From NCBI GenBank assembly GCA_004764695.1, contig SMSO01000032.1, positions 6,666,483 through 6,730,482 of the forward strand: DNA of 64,000 bases, in the 5' to 3' direction. Of this stretch, positions 19,101 through 27,058 are shown piece after piece. The DNA comes from Schizochytrium sp. TIO01 (taxonomy: Eukaryota > Protista > Bigyra: Labyrinthulomycetes). Both the position numbers and the translations under genes were made by a program. The notes under the pieces are model-generated. The model saw only the letters and a list, made by a program, of their open reading frames with translations, did no database searches and was not told the origin of the DNA. Position 1 is the stretch's first letter. Each line of letters starts with the position of its first letter.

Positions 19101-20637
19101 TACTTTATTCGGTCTTAGAGGTATAACATCTAGCATGGTTTACGATGCCATTCTTAAGCAGGCAGATAAGGTTGCGGATTTTTCAAGGAAGTTCTTCAAC
19201 TTGGAATATGGTACTCACTTCTTCAGAGACAACGAAAGGTCAGCTAAATTTTTCTTGTTGGAACTCATAGATGCTTATCCTAACATGTATCTTCCATACT
19301 TTACTACACATGATATGTTTAGGAGTATCATGACTGCTGAATCGCTCTCTTTTAATGAAAAGCTAATGGATATAGAGAGGATCAGTAATATCATCGACAT
19401 ATTTTACACATACAAGGAAATCTTGAATTCAGCCAACTCATCAATTGATGATCTTATTTCTAAATTAGACGGTAGCACTTTTGATAGGTTGATCCTCCTG
19501 CATGGACTAAAAAAATTTAAAACGTATGATGACGGCGATCGTGCAGATCTAATACACAATCTACCAAACTTATTAAAGGGTGATTATTTTATGTTGTCTT
19601 TGCAGCGCGAATTGGCTCGTCGACTAAATCTTCTAAGGAACGAACCTTTTCTCGGTACCGAGATTGCTTCAACGGATCATCACTCATATCGCTATGATGT
19701 TCTTCCGCACTTTCACTCTTTGCCTGAGCAGAAGAATATGCACAAAAGAATATCGCACCTGTACTTAAGAGAACAAACAGAACATTCATACACAGCTCCT
19801 CACAAAGATCCTGATTCACGAAGTAGAGGATCAGTAGGAGAAAGGGAATTTCAATCAAAGGAAGGAGTAGAAGAAGAGGAAGGGTCAGAAGAAGGGTTGG
19901 AAAAGACAGTGCAGGGTAAAGCATATAGAGATGAATACAGAAAAGTAAACAATAAACAAAAAGGTACAAACAAAGGCCCTGTGTTAGACTTAGACGTGAT
20001 TGTTGAGCAGAACTATCCGCCATCTTTATTCAAAAGGATTCAGAAGGATATTTATCGATGGAATTTGATACTTCGTGTAGCTGATGGAGAAGACTTTTTA
20101 AATAATAATGAGTCTCTTGTTGAAAGCGATTTGGATGAATCATCAGATGAAGAAGAACAACCGTTTGACCACGCCATTGCAAATCGTAGTACTTTATTTT
20201 TGAGTGAAAATGAGGGGCATCATTCTGCAGAATCTCAAGAAGAAGAGGATTCTGAAGAAGAAGAAGAGGATTCTGAAGAAGAGGATTCTGAAGAAGAGGA
20301 TTCTGAAGAAGAGGATTCTGAAGAAGAATCTGAAGAAGAAGAGGATTCTGAAGAAGAAGAGGATTCTGAAGAAGAATCTGAAGAAGAAGAGGATTCTGAA
20401 GAAGAAGAAGAAGAATCTGAAGAAGAAGAAGAGGATTCACAAGAAGAATCTGAAGAAGAAGAGGATTCACAAGAAGAAGAATCTGAAGAAGAAGAGGATT
20501 CACAAGAAGAATCTGAAGAAGAAGAGGATTCACAAGAAGAATCTGAAGAAGAAGAGGATTCACAAGAAGAAGAATCTGAAGAAGAAGAGGATTCTGAAGA
20601 AGAATCTGAAGAAGAAGAGGATTCACAAGAAGAATAA
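16105..20637 (+). CDS. 1510-aa viral-type protein with CE-clan-like cysteine protease domain and acidic C-terminal repeat
   Basis: HANLLILD...HFEPHG (His at 16831), GPQ and DGFCFAW (Cys at 17212) give a His-Glu-Gln-Cys order like Ulp1-type proteases. The remainder is unrecognised. Confidence 0.65.
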   Translation: MSEAVYEDVLRRAVRLRDENPQFKRQLNRIILHITNSMSYAEVLEQNAKLDEFDHQVEDGTNEGSKTVQDAENTLPESPQLLAQTSGDGKKRGRSIVKKEDKELNASLTRESEQYLKELLTTKGFHKLKSFGPAMLESFGFDDGNYLGYSSADARVYEIVHILEDIINKTSPDQEHVSIHIETNITYHVTTQRFHNLDDTVNFIYNILVEDPDEARYYSLPIVLDNFEDDSSEEDDQEEDDLHANLLILDLKEHSVIHFEPHGRGTRLYDVEVFTARMRELVERSFRKFNKQEKTKYFLLVVGSGAEAEENSEKDGIPWRFLTNLSQSFGRIGPQSSSGRWYRQNVNLRVTKRTSDLETLWTQRLTDGFCFAWCLLVTYVVLAPVDYTDAKSKVGFKGEFGEASADGTTLRDRFDITAESFDPTLLFDRFVNFHNCSGEFMGQTMLRFASFIAKCDKTLIRELAIFGDQIEIDEGDSRTLSEELIPVRLTSLMSPYFEHVEILSTRISMTPGNIVIPPNVINLLSHHADSGDSSNSPGSLSGYAQMVIVIVQRDNALLYLMLSPRKRQYCIQFTSDSLLQRIPIDESLDREIENYGKGTWKKQLLNTKQLVPTSSIVDGFALNYESSALSTLERQFLTILLQVWLFCVVHILNPQVDGGDLFEMVKLKDAILDDSDFAVVKFKLIRKDAQNRRLNWTKLALLNRFRLYLLDGLELEYWQSIKRYSIDIIPESYKEAIDESLNSSEFIEELDGEIIPTILSQLDTEDPEDMQWLSSMTKLRDLGIMYKLCEGYSEVNENNADEVLALFDQILNYKYMKVQEVIPKLLNNLDNEAIRSMDESSVSSSVYFKVVVHYLKVFMPGAPLDTIAGLILCASLLKHIPHFWMIVAKSYMECIDMVSTNDFTNGFEQLCIASQMTISLKMFPRKTFIMKKVNFRTFRKMFDESIQQKEVIQFQEIFQSLEADLEPLSWVMKQVPPEQFPDVILAIFDNDSIPPSSKSTLFGLRGITSSMVYDAILKQADKVADFSRKFFNLEYGTHFFRDNERSAKFFLLELIDAYPNMYLPYFTTHDMFRSIMTAESLSFNEKLMDIERISNIIDIFYTYKEILNSANSSIDDLISKLDGSTFDRLILLHGLKKFKTYDDGDRADLIHNLPNLLKGDYFMLSLQRELARRLNLLRNEPFLGTEIASTDHHSYRYDVLPHFHSLPEQKNMHKRISHLYLREQTEHSYTAPHKDPDSRSRGSVGEREFQSKEGVEEEEGSEEGLEKTVQGKAYRDEYRKVNNKQKGTNKGPVLDLDVIVEQNYPPSLFKRIQKDIYRWNLILRVADGEDFLNNNESLVESDLDESSDEEEQPFDHAIANRSTLFLSENEGHHSAESQEEEDSEEEEEDSEEEDSEEEDSEEEDSEEESEEEEDSEEEEDSEEESEEEEDSEEEEEESEEEEEDSQEESEEEEDSQEEESEEEEDSQEESEEEEDSQEESEEEEDSQEEESEEEEDSEEESEEEEDSQEE
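20230..20634 (+). repeat. Coding minisatellite (GAAGAAGAGGATTCT/GAATCT variants) encoding EEEEDS/ES repeats
   Basis: Directly visible purine-rich tandem array. Confidence 0.95.
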
Positions 20638-20729
20638 TTTAAAGAAGAACCTGAAGGAGAATCATAGTATAATTTCGTAAATGATAACTTTTCCTTTTTT
20701 AAAGAAGAAATACAACAACTGTAAATGTT

Positions 20730-22841
20730 TTAGTTTTTTACTCCTCTTACTTTGCCCAACGAATGTCGAAGTTCATTAATCTCTTGATCGGCAGCTCTTG
20801 CGAAGTATTCATCACTCATTTCCATCTTGCGAACGGCTATGCCGAAGTCAACTATGACAGGCCTTTGAGTTTCCTTATTGTATAGGACATTGCGGGCATC
20901 CACATCACCGTGCAATACACCTTGGGAATGAATTTCATCGAGAGCAATCACTGCCTTTTCCACAAAGTCATCAGTGATGTCTTCAGGTGTTAAAGGTTCG
21001 CCAGAATATTTTGTCCCAAGACCGTACAGAACATCGCATTCAAAAAGGCCATAATCGATAAATTCAGGGATGTGTTCGCCTTGTAGCGATTTTAACTGTT
21101 TGTAAATTTCAGCTTCATTTTCAAGCTCTGGTATCTGTTCTTCTTGCTTAAAGCAATCCAGTATCTTCAAAACGCTGTCGATCTTCTCACCTGTTGGTAG
21201 GGGGATACCAATCCGAAGTGTCCTACCCGTGCGACCGGGTGGGAGTTCAGTGTACCCATCAAGTTTTAATAAAGGTAAATGAATCGACGCCCCATCTTTG
21301 CGGAAATGTTTAGGGTCCTCGGAATTTTGATTTTCGTGCTTCTCTATCTTCGCGTCATTACTGGCTTTACACACTGCAGGTAGAACGACGCGTTCTGGAG
21401 TCTGCCCCGGGCCGCCTAAACAGGGAACCAAGATGCTATTTTCAATTTCACTGAAGTTCATCTCGCTTGTATCCGCTGCGAGCAAGATAGCAAGTGCGAT
21501 AAGTTGCATCGAACTGAGTTTGCCGCGAGCGATATCACCAACATCTTCAGCCCGAACAGACTTTGTGATCATTAGATTTCCTTCACAGTCCCTGATAAGA
21601 ACACAAGTCACTTTGTAGTTCGAGTAGACGCCAACCAGTAGACCATTCAAAAACATGTAGTTGTATAGTTGACGAACAACTGAATGCTTTTTATGACGGT
21701 CTGAATCACATCCAGGACAGTCATGATCACAATAAGTCTCACTGAGGTTGTCGTAGGAGTACTTCTCACCAGGACCTTTCAACTCACCTACGATCAACGG
21801 AATATGGGTACCATCTACTGTCTTAGCAGCAAAAGAAAAGTCTGCTTTACCCTCTATTCCTTTCGGGTCAGCCGTATAGATGGAGACCTCATAAGGGACT
21901 TTTTCGTTGGATTCTTCGGTCATGGCTTCTGTTACAAGAAACATAACCTGATCAAATGCTGTCGTGACAGTTGCTTCGTTTGAGAATGTTTTTTTATTAC
22001 TCATCCTTTCAAAGACATCTTCGAAGTTGACGGTAGATTGCAGTTCATTCAGAATATCAATGTACCCTTTCTCGTTACTGTAGTGCACGAAAGACTCCAC
22101 TAACAAAGGTCTGACCTTCGCAGGCGAAGCGGGGTAATTTTCGAGGTTCGAGATATCTGTCTTGCTTGTTCGTATTTTGGGTGAATCCTGAACATTTGGT
22201 AGACGATGACTGGTGACCGACAGAAAATTTTGCGGTTCCGTACGAGAAATCAAATCACTTAACCTCCTCACTTCAGCTTGGTGATCATCGATTATGTCCT
22301 GCGTTTTTGCAAGGCGTTGTTCTTTGGCAACAATGTGTTGCTCTTTCAGTCTTAAATCCTCTTCTTTTTGGAGAATTTTTTTGAAGAAAGGATATAATTG
22401 ACGAATACTTTTATCTATATCTTTTGGTAAACAATCGAAACGATCTTCAAAATCTTCGTCCGTTACGGTCTCGTCTTTCTTGTTCCAAAATGCATGCAGA
22501 AAGTCGTAGTCGTCCTCATCTCGTAGCTTTTCTTTAATTTTTTTCTCGATTTGCTCGATTTCTTGCGAAAGCTTGTCTTTTTCATCCTCGAGGTCAGCAA
22601 TGGATTCTAACGCGTCATCGTACTCCTCAGTCTTTTTTGCATGCAAAGTTCTAGCGTCGGCCAAGAGGGAAGCTAATTCCTGATTCAAGACTACGTGTTT
22701 CATAGGAGTGGGTCTGTCTGAATCGGTTGTGAACATCTGAATTGATGAGAGGCGGGGTTCTCGTCTTCTAGCGGCACTCCTTGTCTGGTTGGTGATCTTG
22801 GAGGCTGCATTTTTTAATCCCTTGATAGTAGCACCTATCAT
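20730..22841 (-). CDS. Coiled-coil + PD-(D/E)xK nuclease + kinase protein, copy 2
   Basis: Nuclease motifs NEATV, GKADF, GELK and RQLYNYM...GVYSNY. Kinase motifs GRTG, VLK, NEAEIY, HGDVDARN and DFG. Paralog of 11994-14132. Confidence 0.8.
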   Translation of the reverse strand: MIGATIKGLKNAASKITNQTRSAARRREPRLSSIQMFTTDSDRPTPMKHVVLNQELASLLADARTLHAKKTEEYDDALESIADLEDEKDKLSQEIEQIEKKIKEKLRDEDDYDFLHAFWNKKDETVTDEDFEDRFDCLPKDIDKSIRQLYPFFKKILQKEEDLRLKEQHIVAKEQRLAKTQDIIDDHQAEVRRLSDLISRTEPQNFLSVTSHRLPNVQDSPKIRTSKTDISNLENYPASPAKVRPLLVESFVHYSNEKGYIDILNELQSTVNFEDVFERMSNKKTFSNEATVTTAFDQVMFLVTEAMTEESNEKVPYEVSIYTADPKGIEGKADFSFAAKTVDGTHIPLIVGELKGPGEKYSYDNLSETYCDHDCPGCDSDRHKKHSVVRQLYNYMFLNGLLVGVYSNYKVTCVLIRDCEGNLMITKSVRAEDVGDIARGKLSSMQLIALAILLAADTSEMNFSEIENSILVPCLGGPGQTPERVVLPAVCKASNDAKIEKHENQNSEDPKHFRKDGASIHLPLLKLDGYTELPPGRTGRTLRIGIPLPTGEKIDSVLKILDCFKQEEQIPELENEAEIYKQLKSLQGEHIPEFIDYGLFECDVLYGLGTKYSGEPLTPEDITDDFVEKAVIALDEIHSQGVLHGDVDARNVLYNKETQRPVIVDFGIAVRKMEMSDEYFARAADQEINELRHSLGKVRGVKN

Positions 22842-23710
22842 GGTGTTCGAACGATTTTTGAGGTGTTCGAACGATTGGGTTTTGCTGCTCTTGAGAACTA
22901 GGTTTGGATGCTTCCTCTATTGTTTATACTTGATTTACTAATGAATGGTACTAGTAGATATTCTTACTTATTTATTTGTTTCTTACACACCCTCAAATCA
23001 AACCCATGTCTTCTTCTAATGACTCATACACTGCACGAGGGATAAACTATAAAACAAGCTCTGAATATCATTACGATCTATATAGGCGCAATAGTATGCT
23101 AAGTATTCTTTAAAAAAAAATTACTACTCAAGAATAAAATGTAGTTATCTTTCATAGTGCTAGTATTTTGCGAAACCCATAATCCGCGAATTAAAGTCTG
23201 CTTTGTTGCATAACTTTGATGCCGTGGCTGGTGGCGTGGCCGTGGCGTCTACGAATCTATTTCTCTCCTCGCACGCGCCGTTTGCCTTGTGTGCGCACGC
23301 ACACGCGCTCATTCCACCCATCTCTCCCTCCACGCAAGTCAAACGTTGTGATGAATCGATGCAAGTGGGTAAGATCGATACCCTCGCTCGCCAAGGCCAA
23401 GGACAACTTTCCATGCATCGTTTGATTGCGTAAGTCGAAGGTTGTGCTGGCTCGTGCCGGTAGGTAGGAGAAGAGAAGATCGGTCCTCTCAGTAGACCTT
23501 GATCAAGCGATTTGTGCAGGCAGTGCTAGGCAGGAGAGGACAATTGAAGATCGGTCGTTTGATTGAGCAGTGTTGTGTAAAGAACGATTTTCGCCAGTGG
23601 TAGAGGTTTGACTACTCATCTTTTGATCACCGTAAGTTGAGAGTAGTTGTGCAGTTATAGAAAGATGGATACCCTCGCCCACCAAGGACAACCTTTGATC
23701 AATCGTTTGT
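22842..23710. repeat. Duplicated upstream non-coding region, copy 2 (longer)
   Basis: Aligns with copy 1 up to GAAGATC at 23552, then continues with further degenerate sub-repeats (CGTAAGTTGA at 23631; GATACCCTCGC...CCAAGGACAAC). Confidence 0.9.
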
Positions 23711-23728
23711 TTTATTTCAAAAGCTGTA

Positions 23729-24688
23729 CTATTCAGAGTTTATATTCATGAGTCCTCTACCAAACGCACACTGATTCGGTGCTTCTTTTTGAAGCTTATA
23801 TCTATACTTTACATAATAATCAATGTCATTCCAACACTCAGGCTCCACTGTGCTCATAAGTAGGTACTCTTGAATGTCAGAAGCCCAGGGGGGGATGTCC
23901 AAAACATGTGAGACAATAAAGGCTCTCTGTGTGATATCTTTCATTTTAATTTTATCCCTTAGCCATCTGTCAAATCCGCGCTTGTCACCAGTCTTTAGTA
24001 TGCCATATGCAAAATTTCTCAGGCCTGATACGGAATCAAAATGCCCCTTTTCACACATTAAATTAGCTCTCCAAGGTCCAACATATCTGATACAAGTGAG
24101 ACACTCATCTACAATCGTTTCTTCGTTCTCAAGATCATCAAGTTCCTTAAGCAGATCGCGCTTCGGTGCAATCCATTCTTTATAGATGTTTTCCAAAGCG
24201 AGAACGTCTGCATCAGCTCGGTGCGCATTCTCAATAGGTTTGCCAAACATGACCTCATGAACATCCCCCAATCTAAATGATTTCATATTGGGGTAATTTT
24301 TCCTTAACCAAGGTAAAGAGTCCCAAAATTTAATTTGTTGAGGAACAACACCATTCAACTCTTTGAGGAGAATTAATTGATCAAAATATGTGTTATTGTG
24401 AGCAATCATTTCCACATAATCGAAATCCTCGACGTGGAACTCCTTAAACATTTTAGCAACGGCCTGTTCGATGGTGGGTGCATCTTTGATGTCTTGGTCA
24501 TGAATGTTGTGAATCAATGAAGAATTAGGAGGAATTCCTCCCTTAAAACCGGGATTGACGAATGATGTAAAAATGGGTCCATCTACAATTTTTGCGCATA
24601 TTTGTAGAATTTTATGATTTTTACTAAACATTGGCATGTTCCGAAAACCGGTCGTTTCCAAATCGTATATAATATGAAGAACTTTCAT
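23729..24688 (-). CDS. DEDDh 3'-5' exonuclease (DnaQ/TREX-like)
   Basis: ExoI YDLETTG, ExoII AHNNTYFD, DSL, and ExoIII AHRADADV. Likely ATG at 24688. Confidence 0.9.
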   Translation of the reverse strand: MKVLHIIYDLETTGFRNMPMFSKNHKILQICAKIVDGPIFTSFVNPGFKGGIPPNSSLIHNIHDQDIKDAPTIEQAVAKMFKEFHVEDFDYVEMIAHNNTYFDQLILLKELNGVVPQQIKFWDSLPWLRKNYPNMKSFRLGDVHEVMFGKPIENAHRADADVLALENIYKEWIAPKRDLLKELDDLENEETIVDECLTCIRYVGPWRANLMCEKGHFDSVSGLRNFAYGILKTGDKRGFDRWLRDKIKMKDITQRAFIVSHVLDIPPWASDIQEYLLMSTVEPECWNDIDYYVKYRYKLQKEAPNQCAFGRGLMNINSE

Positions 24689-24789
24689 GTTTTTAATAGC
24701 GGCCGCTTGTCGTTTCGAGTTTGCATTATATTTTTTATTTTTTTTTGTTTCTGTTGAGCGGAGGAGGGTTCTTGGATTAAGCTCTCCAA

Positions 24790-25817
24790 ATGTATGTTTC
24801 AACCGCTTATTGTCTCGTATTCACAGCACTAATCTGTATCCTTGGACCTGCTTTAGGATCAGATGTCTCTGTGACGACATCCGATGGGATAACTGAAGAA
24901 ACAGGTGTAGAGGTGGTCGGCAATGAAATAGTTTCATGCAATCTAAACACTGACACTGGTAATATGCTGTGTGCGAATAGAGGTTATGATACTATCATCC
25001 AATATCACAACGTTAGGCAGTTAATGATGTGTGAATATCACTACTGCGTAACCTTCACAGACGATGAAGATGTGTTGACTTGCTCCGGCTATGTGTATAA
25101 ATCTAACGCTGTAGGTAGCTCCAAATTTTATAACCCATTGACTCCATGGGTTTCTGATTCCGATTCTAGCACTCGCTCCGATGGTACTGTTGTTGAATTA
25201 GGTACTCCATTTAATGGTTATAACATACTAGTCGATCTTTTTGAAAATGCAGTGCATAGTGAATTTTCTACAGAAGTGAGTAACATTTCATGTTTCGAGA
25301 AGTATTCAACATGTGTGACCTTTAGCAACGGGTCGGAAACCTGCTTCGGACCTTTAGAGATCACTTTCCTCAATTGGGTCCAGTCCAGCCTTGTTGGAGT
25401 TGCAATGATGGGCTCTATTGCCTTCTTCTTTTATTCCTTTGGTGGTATTTGTATATCTGAGAGGTTAGTGAAGAACCCTTGTGCTATTGTGGTGTTGATT
25501 CCATCTCTAGTTTGTTGCTGTTCATTTCTTATACTTTTCGTTGGAGAGTCTGTGATAGTGCAGGTCTCCAGTTTTATTCTGTTTCAACTTACGGGATCGC
25601 ATTAGCATATCTGTTAGCATCGCCGTTCGTATCAATCGTGGGCAAATTAAGAAAAGCAAGGATGGCGAGGAGAATGGACTATGAAAGTGAAGCTACTAGT
25701 TTTCCACTCGATCAGGAACAAAGTGACAATCGCTACCAAAGGTCAACTTCACTTGATGTTGAACAACATGAAAACACAACCATTGAATTGAAAGGTGTTG
25801 CAATTGGAACGATTTAA
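24790..25817 (+). pseudogene. Signal peptide + Cys-rich ectodomain + 3-TM membrane protein, split by a 1-nt frameshift
   Basis: Adding one G to GGG at 25593-25595 joins ORFs 24790..25605 and 25479..25817 (FQLTGIALAYLLASPF), giving 342 aa. May be an assembly error. Confidence 0.7.
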
Positions 25818-25830
25818 CTCAACATTTTTA

Positions 25831-26369
25831 TTATTTGTTATCATCTGACGCTTTTGTTGTCCTTTGTTGTTGAAGGTCTACATATTTCATGATACTTGCG
25901 ACGTGCGTATCTGTGTGATATGCAATATCAACAATACTGAAGTCTGATTTTGTTTGAATTGAGATTTGGTAAACGCAGAGTGCCATCCGCGTGTTAGGAT
26001 TCATTGATGGGTATTTACTGCACGCCTTCTTGTACAGTAATTTCAGTTCACCATTGTACCTGTAGGGAAGTTTCATGCAGGAAATTAAAAAGGGTATGGA
26101 CGAGGTGATCATTATGAAAGAATTGATTCCTAAAATTTTAGAAACTTCTTTCAATACATGATCAACTTTAAGACCCTATCAACGAGTATTTGATAGTTTT
26201 TGGTGACTCTTTTCGATGAAGAACTGACGGCAGGCTGGTTGCTGTAATCGATATCTGCAAAAGTGTCTCTATAAGTTTTCACAATGCCACAGACTGTACA
26301 AACGAGATTTGCTTCCTTGTGGTCGAAAACGTAGCGAATGCTTTTACAGTTCACACACGGGGCGTTCAT
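25831..26369 (-). pseudogene. TFIIB-like factor (Zn ribbon + short cyclin-like core), split by a 1-nt frameshift
   Basis: CVNC...DHKEANLVCTVCGIV is a TFIIB zinc ribbon. Adding one base to the CCC run at 26174-26176 gives DRGLKVDHVLKEVSKILG and a 179-aa protein. Confidence 0.75.
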
Positions 26370-26429
26370 GATTATTTTTAGTATTAGGGTTTTGCTTAAG
26401 TGAGCTTTTTTTTTATTTTTTATTTTTTT

Positions 26430-26984
26430 TTAATGTTCTTTCCCTGTAGGTGTTGTACTCCTAAAGTCATTTATAAGAGTTATTAATCCGCGAATAACAT
26501 TTTCTACCATTTCATCGCTGTTACATCCCGCAACAACCACAGCGCCGCTATTTAAAAAGTTCGCTTTAATTTTGGTGTTTGGGATTGTGTACGTGCAAGA
26601 AGGAAAGAGCTGCATGTCACAGGAACAATTCCTTTGATCCCATTCATACAAGTTATCAACTTGACGTGTGTTTTGAGAGAATGTAACTACCACGTTTGTA
26701 AGTTTAATGTTGATATCCAAGGACAGTTGCTTTTTAATTTTGTGGAGTACAAAGAGTGCACCCCACATTGAGCTACATCCCATGATTGTGATATTTCCGG
26801 TTGAAAATATAATGATCGTCGCAGCCAGGTTTTTGTGTTTAAGGGTGAGTGCACTAAAAGAACAAGGCGTGTGTTTGCCATAGCCGAGTGGCGCAAAGGT
26901 TTCTTTGATGCACCGCCGGCCGTATGTCTTTACTGTAATAACATGATTGGTATTCCTGAAAGATATCTTTGCACAAGTCGACAT
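26430..26984 (-). CDS. TBP: Divergent TATA-binding protein (viral type)
   Basis: Two TBP repeats: TNHVIT...FSALTL...IIIFSTGNITIMG and TNVVVT...LFPSCTY...ANFLNSGAVVVAG. Likely ATG at 26984. Confidence 0.85.
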   Translation of the reverse strand: MSTCAKISFRNTNHVITVKTYGRRCIKETFAPLGYGKHTPCSFSALTLKHKNLAATIIIFSTGNITIMGCSSMWGALFVLHKIKKQLSLDINIKLTNVVVTFSQNTRQVDNLYEWDQRNCSCDMQLFPSCTYTIPNTKIKANFLNSGAVVVAGCNSDEMVENVIRGLITLINDFRSTTPTGKEH

Positions 26985-27058
26985 GTTGTATTTTGTTGAC
27001 TTAGGAAAGGTGTGAGTATATATGGAAAACGAAGCATACATTTTCAATGAGAGCATAA

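Noticed and set aside
16105-20637. Homology to the herpesvirus large tegument deubiquitinase
   Set aside because: The catalytic order here is His before Cys, the opposite of UL36-type enzymes; it is an analogy at most.
20030-20680. Poly-Lys (20204..20680 +) and Leu/Gln (20030..20626 -) ORFs
   Set aside because: They are alternative-frame shadows of the acidic coding repeat.
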